From: Macrostomum lignano
Lineage: Eukaryota
Length of the DNA: 64,000 nt
NCBI GenBank assembly: GCA_002269645.1
Contig: NIVC01001915.1
Span: 158,065 to 222,064, forward strand
Direction of reading: 5' to 3'
Every line of letters starts with the position of its first letter. The stretch's first letter is position 1. Position numbers and translations under genes: made by a program. Below the pieces are notes generated by a model. The model did no database searches, was not told the origin of the DNA, and saw only the letters and a program-made list of their open reading frames with translations. Positions 1 to 12,991 of this stretch are shown one piece after another.

Positions 1-1723
1 CTCAATGTGGTGAAACTCAATGTGGTGAGACTCAATGTGGTGAGACTCAATGTGGTGAGACTCAATGTGGTGAGACTCAATGTGGTGAGACTCAATGTGG
101 TGAGACTCCATATGGTGAGACTCAATGTGGTGAGACCCAGTGTGGTGAGACTCAATGTGGTGAAACTCAATATGGTGAGACTCAATGTGGTGAGACCCTG
201 TGTGGTGAGAATCAATGTGGTGAGACTCAATGTGGTGAGACCCAGTGTGGTGAGACTCAATATGGTAAGACTCAATATGGTGAGACTCAATTTGGTGAGA
301 CCATGATATGGTGAGACTCAATGTGGTGAGACTCAATGTGGTGAGACTCAATGTGGTGAGACTCATGATATGGTAAGACTCAATATGGTGAGACTCAATA
401 TGGTGAGACTCAATGTGGTGAGACTCAATGTGGTGAGACTCAATGTGGTGAGACCCAGTGTGGTGAGACTCAATGTGGTGAGACTCATGATATGGTAAGA
501 CTCAATATGGTGAGACTCAATATGGTGAGACTCAATGTGGTGAGACTCAATGTGGTGAGACTCAATGTGGTGAGACTCAATGTGGTGAGACTCAATGTGG
601 TGAGACTCAATGTGGTGAAACTCAATGTGGTGAGACCCAGTGTGGTGAGACTCAATGTGGTGAGACTCATGATATGGTAAGACTCAATATGGTGAGACTC
701 AATATGGTGAGACTCAATGTGGTGAGACTCAATGTGGTGAGACTCAATGTGGTGAGACTCATGATATGGTAAGACTCAATATGGTGAGACTCAATATGGT
801 GAGACTCAATATGGTGAGACTCAATGTGGTGAGACTCAATGTGGTGAGACTCAATATGGTGAGACTCAATATGGTGAGACTCAATGTGGTGAGACTCATG
901 ATATGGTGAGACTCAATGTGGTGAGACTCAATGTGGTGAAACTCAATGTGGTGAGACTCAATGTGGTGAGACTCAATGTGGTGAGACTCAATGTGGTGAA
1001 ACTCAATGTGGTGAGACTCAATATGGTGAGACTCAATATGGTGAGACTCCATATGGTGAGACTCAATGTGGTGAGACTCAATGTGGTGAGACTCAATGTG
1101 GTGAGACTCAATGTGGTGAGACTCAATGTGGTGAAACTCAATGTGGTGAGACTCAATATGGTGAGACTCAATGTGGTGAGACTCAATGTGGTGAAACTCA
1201 ATGTGGTGAGACTCAATATGGTGAGACTCAATGTGGTGAGACTCAATGTGGTGAGACTCAATGTGGTGAGACTCAATGTGGTGAGACTCAATGTGGTGAG
1301 ACTCAATATGGTGAGACTCAATATGGTGAGACTCAATGTGGTGAGACTCAATGTGGTGAAACTCAATGTGGTGAGACTCAATATGGTGAGACTCAATATG
1401 GTGAGACTCCATATGGTGAGACTCAATGTGGTGAGACTCAATGTGGTGAGACTCAATGTGGTGAGACTCAATGTGGTGAGACTCAATGTGGTGAAACTCA
1501 ATGTGGTGAGACTCAATATGGTGAGACTCAATGTGGTGAGACTCAATGTGGTGAAACTCAATGTGGTGAGACTCAATATGGTGAGACTCAATGTGGTGAG
1601 ACTCAATGTGGTGAGACTCAATGTGGTGAGACTCAATGTGGTGAGACTCAATGTGGTGAGACTCAATATGGTGAGACTCAATATGGTGAGACTCAATGTG
1701 GTGAGACTCAATGTGGTGAGACT
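1..1723. repeat. 15-bp minisatellite (GAGACTCAATGTGGT)n, truncated by window start
   Basis: Over 100 near-identical units; each contains the palindrome TGAG-A-CTCA; periodic CATGATATGGTAAGA variants. Confidence 0.97.
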
Positions 1724-2292
1724 AATTACCCAACTGTTTATCTACCATGTACAAAAATGTCAATTAAAAATAATTCTTCAATAGTGATGTCATGCTGTTC
1801 TCAAGCAAGTGTATGTATTTAATGCAATAAATAGTACGTACATATATATAAGAAGATTTATAATTATCGTTTTTAACAAATAAAATCTCCTAAAGCGGTA
1901 TTTAAATGACGCTTGCAATTTTTCCGGGTATTGACAAGTCTAGCAGAGTAAGAAATTTATAATAGCAATATTACAACAGTTACTAAAAAGGTGGTGAAAA
2001 TGTGGGCAGTTGTACTTTGAAAACAATGTGCGAGCCAAGTTATGCAGCTCGAAGGGAGTCTAGCAAATACTGTTGCATTCGATGTCGGAGTTTGAATTTC
2101 AAAAAAAGTTAACGGGCGGGTTGACCAGAGTGTTAATCGCATGGTAAAAATATCACCTGCTTCACCTTTCACCCTAGTCGGTAACGAGTTTCAATTGGAA
2201 TACAAACATAATTAGTTTCCTACTAACAGAATCGGAGACTTGCCAACAATCTTGGGATTGCAGAGCTGTTCAAGGAGTCTCAAACTGATCGA

Positions 2293-3012
2293 CTACTCGT
2301 ATCTGAGATCCCCTACTTGTGCTTGAGACTCCCTACTTGTGCTTGAGATTCCCTACTGTGTCTGAGATCCCCTACTCGTGTCTGAGATCCCTTACTTGTG
2401 TCTGAGATCCCCTACTTGTGTCTGAGATCCCCTACTTGTGTCTAAGATCCCCTACTTGTGTCTAAGATCCCCTACTGTGTCTAAGATCCCCTACTGTGTC
2501 TGAGATCCCCTACTTGTGTCTGAGATCCCCTACTTGTATCTGAGATCCCCTACTTGTGTCTAAGATCCCCTACTTGTGTCTGAGATCCCCTACTGTGTCT
2601 GAGATCCCCTACTTGTGTCTAAGATCCCCTACTGTGTCTGAGATCCCCTACTTGTGCTTGAGACTTCCTACTTGTGCTTGAGATCCCCTACTTGTGTCTG
2701 AGATCCCCTACTTGTATCTGAGATCCCCTACTTGTATCTGAGATCCCCTACTCGTGTCTGAGATCCCCTACTTGTGTCTGAGATCCCCTACTTGTATCTG
2801 AGATCCCCTACTCGTGTCTGAGATCCCCTACTTGTGCTTGAGACCCCCTACTTGTGCTTGAGATCCCCTACTGTGTCTGAGATCCCTTACTCGTTTCTGA
2901 GATCCCCTACTTGTGCTTGAGGCTCCCTACTTGTGTCTGAGATCCCCTACTTGTGTCTGAGATCCCCTATTTGTGTCTGAGATCCCCAAGCATTGAGTTT
3001 CAGAGATCCCTG
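2293..3012. repeat. ~20-bp minisatellite (TGTCTGAGATCCCCTACTTG)n just 3' of VGAT stop
   Basis: Direct reading; ends ~40 bp from stop codon at 3053-3055. Confidence 0.95.
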
Positions 3013-3052
3013 AATCGGGTCTCTCCCAGCAGTCTCAGAAGTCCCCATCAGT

Positions 3053-6000
3053 TCAGCTCCGCATCGCAACAATGGGCGTCAGAGCGCTGGAGTTGCCAGG
3101 CGGGCTGTAGTAGCCGTGCGACATCGCCTTGTGCAGCGCCCGGCCGCTCACGAACATCCCGACGGAGCCGAACAGCAAGCCCATGCCGATGATCAGCAGG
3201 TCCAGGCCCAGCACGAAGCAGCTCACGCTGTGACGCTTCAACGAGAAATGAAAATAGGCTGGCCAAACAAACGACAGCATTGTGCCGGTGAAGCTTCCGA
3301 TGAGGCCGCACAGCAGGGCGAAGTGCGGCACGGTGATGGCGATGACGTAGGTGAACAGGACCAGCGCGGCCCGGGGCAGCAACGCCCACAGTTTGAAGTC
3401 GCCGGTGCTGTTCCAGCAGCTGGGCAGCGGCCAGCCGGAGAACAGGCTGCTTTCTAGGAAATTCGCGGCCGCAAAGTAGGGCAGCGGATAGGAGCAGAGC
3501 GCCTTCACCACCAGAGCGACGTTCACCGTGACTTTCAGCGGCTCGCTAGCCAGGTTGTTAGTGATGACCTCCTTGGTGTGCTCGGCGAAGGTCACGAAGC
3601 CGATGTAGCCGAACAGGGCCTTGAAGATGGCGGACAGGATGTGGGTCCAGTTCATCATCAGCCCGAAGCGGGACTTGTCCATCAGGTTGCTCTCCAGGGT
3701 TGGCAGGAAGATGTGCGACGTGTAGGAGAAGACAATGATGCCAACGGATATTGGGAAGGTGTTGATGTCCACGTGGAACTGGACCTGTCGGGACCGATAA
3801 AGATGAGATACAAGTTAGAAATGGCAGCAACAAAACGCGAGAGTCAGACGTGCTGTCATCCAGAGCGATGCCCTTTTCCTCTGTAAGGCTACAATACGTC
3901 GCAATCGTGTCAAAAATCACCCTAATCTTGGTGCATAGTTACCTGGCCGTTTAGGACCGCCTGACCCACGTCCAACTGCAAACTGCTCCCATGGAAACTT
4001 TTTCTCCACTTCTCCAGCACTGCACCATCTGTTGAACACCACGGCGGTCTTTTACACGAAAATCTCAGAAATTACCTTTTGAGGCTGCCAGTGCGCCGCC
4101 CTGGTCAGGCAGTACACAATGATGATGCAGTTGATGATGACGTGGGTGACGGTGTTCCAGAAGGAGATCCAGCTGACGTGGCGCAGCGAGGTCAGGGCTG
4201 CGCAGGGCAGCAGACAGAAGAAGCTGACGCTTACCCAGGCGGTGAAGCTGAGCTGGCCCTCCGGGAAGCAGCCCAGCATGAGGTCGCCGCACAGCACCAG
4301 GTAGAGAATGCAGGTCATGAGGGCTTCCGTAATGGCGGCCGCGTTCACCACCATGCCGCCTAGGCGGGAGCGGAACACAAACTCGGCGATCTCGCGGTAG
4401 CTGGCCCGGACTCGAACCCCGTCCTCGTACAGGCAGGTGATGAGAACGCGACCAGTGTAGCAGCAGATGAAGGCTACGATGACAACAAAGATCACCGACC
4501 AGTAGCCTCCGTGCAGCACCGCGTAGGGCAGGCTGACTAGGAACATGCCCTGAAAACATGCGGGTGGAGTGCGGTAAGGATACTGAAGTGACGCGGAAAG
4601 GCTACTGAAGTGACGCGGAAAGGCTACTGAAGTGACGCGGAAAGGCTACTGAAGTGACGCGGAAAGGCTACTGAAGTGACGCGGAAAGGCTACTGAAGTG
4701 ACGCGGAAAGGATACTGAAGTGACGCGGAAAGGCTACTGAAGTGACGCGGAAAGGCTACTGAAGTGACGCGGAAAGGCTACTGAAGTGACGCGGAAAGGA
4801 TACTGAAGTGACGCGGAAAGGCTACTGAAGTGACGCGGAAAGGCTACTGAAGTGACGCGGAAAGGCTACTGAAGTGACGCGGAAAGGATACTGAAGTGAC
4901 GCGGAAAGGCTACTGAAGTGACGCGGAAAGGATGCTATAAAGTGACACGGAAAGGATACTGAAGTGACGCGGAAAGGATACTGAAGTGACGCGGAAAGGC
5001 TACTGAAGTGACGCGGAAAGGCTACTGAAGTGACGCGGAAAGGATACTGAAGTGACGCGGAAAGGCTACTGAAGTGACGCGGAAAGGCTACTGAAGTGAC
5101 GCGGAAAGGCTACTGAAGTGACGCGGAAAGGCTACTGAAGTGACGCGGAAAGGCTACTGAAGTGACGCGGAAAGGATGCTATAAAGTGACGCGGAAAGGA
5201 TACTGAAGTGACGCGGAAAGGATACTGAAGTGACGCGGAAAGGATGCTATAAAGTGACGCGGAAAGGATACTGAAGTGACGCGGAAAGGATACTGAAGTG
5301 ACGCGGAAAGGCTACTGAAGTGACGCGGTAAGGATACTGAAGTGACGCGGAAAGGATACTGAAGTGACGCGGAAAGGATACTGAAGGGACGCGGAAAGGC
5401 TACTGGAAGGATACATAACATAATTATACGAACAGGATATGGAAAGCCTATGCCTATGGAACTGATACAAATTGTTACAAATTAAATGCTTTCTGTTTTG
5501 TGTCGAAGAGGAGAGAATAACTTTTCAAAGGAGGGAACAAAGATTTCAAGTTTAACTTGTTCATTGGATGATTTTGTTTATTGCATATTTTCCGGAACGC
5601 TGTCCCAGATTCCGTAACACGGTACAGTGTTTTTGCTACACTAATCCTAATGCATTTGCATTCGGGCGGTCTAAACAGTGCAACATTCGAGTTCCCTCTC
5701 ATTTCGCTGGTCACTGACACAGTTAGACTTCGAATTTATCCCCCCATCCACACAACTGCCAGGTGTTGGCTGGCAGTTTTCACCGGCCGTTCGATACCAT
5801 GGGAAAATATTATCCCCCCTCCCTTCTGCTAAATGGGCCACGGATCGATCATGCAGTCGATGCGAGACATCTGATCCCCAGTTCTCCATCAGTCGTCTTG
5901 ATCAGAATCCCACCCAGTTCGAAGTGAGGAATCAAGACCATCAAGATTCCATCGGACCTCTCCCTCATCACCCGGTCTCTACCCAGCTCAGTCAATCACG

Positions 6001-8412
6001 GTCCCAGAGCGTCCCTGGCAACAGATCCCAGTCGAGGGAATGAAGAGGGGAAGGGGTGGGTAACGCGCCTCTTGTATTGAGGGGTTTTTTGCAGAGGGGC
6101 CATTGATCGCAGCTGGCTGTGAAGAGCAGACATGAGAGATATCTACCTCTGTCTCTGTACCTGGGCTGGGCTGTCCGAGAACTGCATTGATTGTCCACCA
6201 CCGGCAAGCGTGATGAGAGTTTTGAGTTCTTCAAGCATTGATGGAGAAGATCAATGCGGGAAAGACGAACGGCCAACTGCGTTGCCCACTCCCTCCCTAA
6301 ACCCATGGATCGAGTTTCATTCCAGAATGAGACAAGTATCGGTGTGGCTCAGTGCCCGAGACGGCAAGACCAGTTGCAGTGAGGCGTGCCTGATCTGTTG
6401 CGAATGCCAGCGTATTTTGCGCGCAATTCCATCAGAGAGCTGCATGAGCTCCGCTGCAGACGGACTGCCAAGCAGTGCGGGTGTGTAAGCATGTCGCTGG
6501 GACACCGCATGAATTATGCACCTTGGCCCGTGTCCTGCTCCCACTTTCGCAGACTCGTCAACCGTGAAAGGGATGAATGATCCTCTCTCAACGGCCTGGC
6601 TGAGAGATTCTGTTGGTGGCCAATAACATCTAGTTCTCTCTGTTATCCCACTTTGAGCTCTTCAGACATAACATCTAGTTCTCTCTGTTATCCCACTTTG
6701 AGCTCTTCAGACACTGCGCTCCTAATTAACGGCGTGAGTTGTGCATTTTCTCGAGACCAATGATTTCTTCAATAGACCATTAATCCCGGACTTTTAAAAT
6801 GCAAAACTAATAAAACTTTCCCTTCCACGAAATCATTCACCGAGCACAAGACCGTCCGTTAAAGTTTAACACAAGGAAAATAAAATTAGATAGATTTTAA
6901 ATCCCGCAATATTGGCCTTAATCGGATTGCCAAGACTTGACTGCCGTGCATTTGATCCACAGCCGACCCTAATTGTAGCCTAAATCTCGGCAGTCAGTTG
7001 GTTGGCGGTAAAATGGTTGGCGGGTCAAATGGTTGGGTGGGTCAAATGGTTGGGTGGGTCAAATGGTTGGCGGGTCAAATGATTGGCGGGTCAAATGATT
7101 GAGCGGGTCAAATGATTGAGCGGGTCAAATGGTTGGCGGGTCAAATGATTGGCGGGTCAAATGATTGGCGGGTCAAATGATTGGCGGGTCAAATGATTGG
7201 CGGGTCAAATGATTGGCGGGTCAAATGATTGGCGGGTCAAATGATTTGCGGGTCAAATGATTGAGCGGGTCAAATGATTGAGCGGGTCAAATGGATGGGG
7301 TCAAAATGGGGACAGTCAAATGGGGACAGTCAAATGGGGACAGTCAAATGGGGACAGTCAAATGGGGACAGTCAAATGGGGACAGTCAAATGGGGGCAGT
7401 CAAATGGGGGACAGTCAAATGGGGACAGTCAAATGGGGGACAGTCAAATGGGGACAGTCAAATGGGGACAGTCAAATGGGGGACAGTCAAATGGGGGCAG
7501 TCAAATGGGGACAGTCAAATGGGGACAGTCAAATGGGGACAGTCAAATGGGGACAGTCAAATTGGGACAGTCAAATGGGGACAGTCAGCTGGTGACAGTC
7601 AAATGGAGACAGTCAATGGGGACAGTCAAATGGGGACAGTAAAAATGGGGGACAGTCAAATGGGGGCAGTCAAATGGGGACAGTCAAATGGGGACAGTCA
7701 AATGGGGACAGTCAAATGGGGACAGTCAAATGGGGGACAGTCAAATGGGGGCAGTCAAATGGGGACAGTCAAATGGGGACAGTCAAATGGGGACAGTCAA
7801 ATGGGGACAGTCAAAATGGGGACAGTCAAATGGGGACAGTCAAATGGGGTCAGTCAAAATGGGGACAGTCAAATGGGGACAGTCAAATGGGGACAGTCAA
7901 ATGGGGACAGTCAAATGGGGACAGTCAAATGGGGACAGTCAAATGGGGACAGTCAAATGGGGACATAATTGGGACAATAAATGTTCGGCTCTCTTTTTAT
8001 GCTCGGCCAACTTTAAACTTGGCCTAAGGCTGAGATGACTCATACAGACCTGAATAGCGTTAGTGACATTCCAGGCCGCCTGCCAGGCCGTAATCTGGTC
8101 CCGGCAGCGAGCTCGGTTGCCTGTAGCAGCAGCTCCTGCCTCGCCGGCCTCCGCAGCCTCGCCTCCGCCGCCGTCTCTAATGCCATTTCGAGCGCCGCAG
8201 TCCGCACTGTAGGCAGCATCATCGTCTGCTTCCTCTACAAAGCGATGAAATCCGTGCTGCACCTGACCGCCGCCTCCACCGCCGACGCTGCCGCCGATTC
8301 CACCGCTGCCGTCGGCGCCAACGCCTCCATCGTCGTTGGAGCGCCTGTTGAGCAGCTGCCTGAGACTCGGCTGCGGCAGGTTGTGCGTGCTGTACGGAGC
8401 CTGGCTGCGCAT
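3053..8412 (-). CDS. SLC32A1: Vesicular inhibitory amino acid (GABA/glycine) transporter, VGAT/unc-47-like; exons 8050-8412, 4076-4549, 3053-3784
   Basis: Spliced peptide contains AAWNVTNAIQ|GMFLVSLPYAVLHGGYW, TEALMTCILY, QK|VQFHVDINTFPISVGIIVFSYTSHIFLP, LCSYPLPYFAA, GLIGSFTG, all typical of VGAT. Canonical GT/AG sites, phase 0/0. An AG acceptor at 8433 lies upstream of ATG 8412, so a further 5' exon is possible. Confidence 0.92.
4571..5405. repeat. 22-bp minisatellite (GTGACGCGGAAAGGCTACTGAA)n in VGAT intron 1
   Basis: ~37 units, starting ~20 bp from the acceptor at 4550. Confidence 0.97.
6623..6712. repeat. Perfect 45-bp tandem duplication (2 copies)
   Basis: ATAACATCTAGTTCTCTCTGTTATCCCACTTTGAGCTCTTCAGAC at 6623-6667 and 6668-6712. 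Confidence 0.95.
7008..7968. repeat. Compound minisatellite: (TTGGCGGGTCAAATGA)n grading into 14-bp (GGGGACAGTCAAAT)n
   Basis: Direct reading; ends ~80 bp from the VGAT donor at 8049. Confidence 0.95.
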
Positions 8413-9168
8413 GTTGTGAGAGCTGATCAGGCCTGCAATTTCACTCAGTGAGACTTGCTGCTCCTCCTAGCAACCAAATTCATATTGCAGTTCCCGAGAT
8501 TTATAGAGCTCTTCGCCCATGCTCAAGCCCAGGTAAGAGATACTTCGCGGGGGTGCTCACAGAATGCTCAGCCTCTCTTCAGCTCGGAGCCAATGGGGTG
8601 AATTTGAACTAAAGCAATAACTACAGCTAAACTTAGGTGATCCCGCAGCTGCCACCAGATCCTGATGTTTTAGATCCCCCTGGGCCAGCCCGCAGCTCAG
8701 ATGAGACGCTTTGGAGTTTTAATCCTACTTTCGTTTCTGCAGCATCGCTCTGAGCTGCCACTTCGAGGCCTGGCATATTTCTCGGAGCCAAGTCGATAAG
8801 CCGCCTGGTGCACGGCTAAAGCATCTGTCTAATCCTTGGGAGCAAAGTTGAGCTAAGTAACCATTAGGCCTGTTCCGGTAGCGAAAATAAGGCAACGATT
8901 TTCTTGTCTCTCGTTGCTATGCAAGTCTATTTTTGTTCAACTACCGAAGCCGGTCAGAGACCCTGCAACTGAAGTGTTTCGGAACTCACAATTTCAGCAT
9001 TGGACAGTGCGTTTGAGTTGCTAAAATGGCTTACAATGTGATCTTTTTTTCTTAGTATAACTAACATTTGGGGAGGCAATAAAGAATGGAATAATTTTTT
9101 GAATAAACTACATATAGCTTTTGACTAATTTGTACACTCGCTATTGTTGGTATCCTAACAATATCCTA

Positions 9169-9466
9169 GGGGGCTGTTGTCTAGTGGTCAGAGCGTCGAA
9201 CTCATGACTTGAAGGTTGGGGGTTCGATTCTCGACCCACTCAGAACAGTTTGTGTCCATGAGCAAGACACTCAACTCTGCATTGCTTCAGTTCACCCAGC
9301 TGTAAAATGGGTGCCAGCATTAGCTGGGGTAATTGAGGGTGTGTGTGGCGACCCCCCCAGTCCTTGGACTGAAACAGCGCAATAGCTGCGGCTGAGCTGT
9401 CGGTTGCACAACTGACCTTTAGGCAGTTGTAATCAATTATTATCATGTTTGTTATTATTATTATTT
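9169..9466 (+). mobile_element. tRNA-derived SINE with CORE-like central domain and (TTA)n tail
   Basis: A box TGTCTAGTGG (9178-9187), anticodon-like loop CTCATGA, B box GGTTCGATTCT (9221-9231). Then GTGTCCATGAGCAAGACACTCAAC...TTCAGTTCACCCAGCTGTAAAATGGG, resembling the CORE/MIR consensus, and a TTATTATTATTA tail. No clear TSD. Confidence 0.8.
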
Positions 9467-10454
9467 AATTAATTAGTATCCCAAGGAAAATGATATTTAA
9501 AGCAAAAAAGCATCCGCCCTGAGCGCAAGCTGTCTAGCCTAAGATATCAGATACCCTACAGAGCTTTGGCATCAAAGCCTCCTTTTAAGCCATGGCTTAA
9601 CCCTAACCCTAACCCTTGGCATCTGAGCAGCCCCTTTCTCATGAGCCACAGCATCTCAGCAATTCCCACTCTAGGAGCTTACGAGAGAGTATTTATGGAG
9701 AATATTGTGGCAGCTATGTGCATTACTTCCTACTAATGCGAGTAGCAATCCGCAACTCTACGAGCTATTTAAACGGCCTTAGTTTTGCCGAGTTTTGTTC
9801 AACCGTAGTTTCTTTTACTGACGGTCCAGGCGCCAGAAACCCGAGGATCGGAGGCGCGCAGAAGCAGAAATTCCAGACCAAGGAAAGGCTACTGAAAGAG
9901 GAAGACCTGAGGGACGGGGGGGCAGAACAGGGAGAGAGGGAGCGGAGGGGAGACCGAAGGAATGGCTGGAATGCCGATTTCATAGGCGGTCGCAGCGACG
10001 CTGCAACAGCGCCAGGAATTACCTGTATGAGTCACGACGCTGCTACAGAGTTTTTGCTCTCTAGAACGAATGCGCGCAAGCTATCCGGCAAAAGAGGCAG
10101 CGATGGACAACGGGGTCATTGGGGGCCAGTAGCGCTATTCAAATGAACTCGTTTAACAATGCTCTCTGTCCAAATAGATTTGTGCAAGTTGATTCTGTTC
10201 AAAAGTCTAAAAATGTGCATTTTAAAAATTCGTATTCAGGACACAAATTTATTATACATCAAGACAAGAAACTGTTGGAGGAAGATCTCTTAGAAAATGT
10301 ACATGTCTTACAGCGCGTGAATTAGTTCCATTGTAGGTGTCATGCAATTATCGCATTGGTTAAATACATTGACAATACTGAATGGTAAGATGCTAAAAAA
10401 TTTACATGACAGCGCAACTGCATTTTTATTAATTGATATTTCTTATTGATATAA

Positions 10455-10795
<341 letters not shown>

Positions 10796-10933
10796 CAATG
10801 CCTTGAAGCAGGTGGAGGGAATATACAAAATGACATCAGAGAATGGGCTTGGATCTAAACGTCAAGTCAGGGGTGGAAACGCATCGAGTTCAGGAGACAT
10901 CAGAGAGACGGGAGCGAATTCAGTCTATCAATA

Positions 10934-12958
10934 TCAGCGGTTCTCCCTGTTAATCCGGCAGCCGTAGCAGAGCAGAGAGATTTGATCGGAACGGCCTCTC
11001 GCCAGCATCGGGTAGCAGCGGCGATGGCTGTCGTTGGTCAGCTGCAGGCCGCAGTCCTGGGAGTAAGGGGGCGGTAGAACAAGGACCTGCTTAGGACGAA
11101 GGAACAAAGACTATTTAGAGGAGAGAAAAGCACCGGTAGGCTAAGGTGAAAGGTTGCATCGAAGTTGCTCGTACGAGAGCTCAGTAAGAGGCACGAGAAT
11201 AAAACAAAGACAACAAGCCCAACCTGGCACCGGTAGCACGATGGGTGAAAATCTTTCCCCATGCTGACAACCCGCAGAACTTCCTGGGCGTCCTCGGTTT
11301 CCGGCGTGATGGGCAGCCGGCAGAGGCCGCAGCGGGGCGCGTACACCCGGTGATAGTCGGGCACGCAGAAGACAGAGCCGACCGAGTCCACGGTGAACGG
11401 ACGGCCGTCCAGACAGGCCTGGCAGACGGAGCAGCGGAAACAGGCTGGGTGGAAGGGCCGGCCCAGCGCCTGCAGGATGTGGTCGGTGATCATGTGGCCG
11501 CAGGCTGAGCACTTCTCCGCTGCCTGCTGGAAGCCGGTGTACAAGAAATCTTGCGCGCAGTAGATTGTCGGTGGGGCGCCCTCCGTTGGCGACGGGACAG
11601 CGTAGAAAGTTTGACCTGGAGTGGCCAGGAGATCGCGCTGAACACGATCTGTGTACGCTACAGGCAGACTGACACTGAGATAGAAACTTGGACTGTCAGA
11701 ACCAAGACAGGCAAACACCAGGACAGTCAAACACAAAGACAGGATAACACAAAGACAGGCAAACACAAAGACAGGCAAACACAAAGACAGTCAAACACAA
11801 AGACAGTCAAACACCAGGACAGTCAAACACAAAGACAGGCAAACACAAAGACAGGCAAACACAAAGACAGGCAAACACAAAGACAGGCAAACACAAAGAC
11901 AGGCAAACACAAAGACAGGCAAACACAAAGACAGTCAAACACAAAGACAGGCAAACACAAAGACAGGCAAACACAAAGACAGGCAAACACAAAGACAGGC
12001 AAATACCAAGAAAGACTAGCGCAAAGACAGACAAACACCAAGACAGACAAACACCGAGACAGAAAGACAGTTTCTGGCACCCAGCCTACCGCTGAGTCGT
12101 TACAATAACAACAGACGGACAGACACAAACTAAGCAGACAGACAGCCAGATGGGTAGAGAGATTCCTAGTCTTCTGTTTAGCAAAACCCAAGTTCAGCCA
12201 GGCTGGTAGGCGCACAGGAATTTCACTTTCTTGTCTGCAGCGGCATCGCAGAAGGTCACTCTTCGGTCGCTTTGGAAGGGCTTTGGTAGGGAGGGGGCTG
12301 GATGAGGGAGGAAGAGGGAAGCGCTGGCACTTACAAAAGGCATGGAAGAGGAGAGCGAGGGAGAGTGAAGGGCATGGAGCGAGGGTAGCGGATCTGAAGC
12401 AGGTAAACACGAACGGGATGCCGTCCGGAGAGGGCACGAAGTGGGAAGATGCCTCTGGCGCAGTCTCGGGCCGCACCTTGGGAGAGTCAGAACCGAGTCG
12501 AGCGCAGTTCGGGTCAATTGGCATGCATTCCAGTTTTGGGAAAAATTGGCAAGGCATTGCAAAATAGACAGTTAGGTTTTCTGCGCCAAAAAAGGACAGA
12601 TTTGGCTTCGCTGTGGATCTGAAAGCGGCCGCTTTTACCTGTAAGCTCCCGACCGCAGCAGGAGCAGACGAAGCAGGCCGAATGGTAGATGCTGCCCATT
12701 GCCTGACAGGCGTCGGTTGGGCTGGACACCTCTTTGCCGCACTTGCCGCAGGCTCCTGGGGGGAGTAGTTAGTTTGGCGCACACTTAACTAATGCAATAT
12801 ACACCTGCTAGTCCAACTAAAACCCTCAAGATTCCCGCATCTATCTAACTCCGACTTGCCGCCGAACGTTAGCAACCCGAAATCTCTCTCTCTCACCGAA
12901 CACTCGAGCTACAGGAATCTGTCCAGTTTGAGCTGGCTGCTGCTGCTGCTGCTGGTTT

Positions 12959-12991
<33 letters not shown>

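Noticed and set aside
7-1784. Long ORFs of (VRLNV)n, (ESHHI)n, (SLTTL)n and similar repeat-peptide ORFs at 7.3-8, 10.3-10.9, 25.6-26.8, 30-31, 36.7-37.3, 39.5-40.6, 49-52.6, 57-59 kb
   Set aside because: They are translations of stop-free tandem repeats, open in several frames and on both strands, and they lie in introns or flanks of well-supported genes.
8035-8451. Plus-strand ORFs opposite GC-rich exons (also 3116, 12856, 18133, 23562, 24263, 27068, 29297)
   Set aside because: Antisense shadows of real coding exons with no recognisable domains.
9169-9245. Functional tRNA-Met gene
   Set aside because: The acceptor and anticodon stems pair poorly, there is no oligo-T terminator, and it continues into a CORE-like body and TTA tail, so it is a SINE head.
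9882-9896. 15-bp match GGAAAGGCTACTGAA to the 4571-5405 array unit
   Set aside because: Not improbable given ~30 arrays on two strands, and no extended similarity.
9616-10146. 176-aa plus-strand ORF
   Set aside because: Non-ATG start, no domain, no splice-consistent extension; more likely VGAT upstream or UTR sequence.
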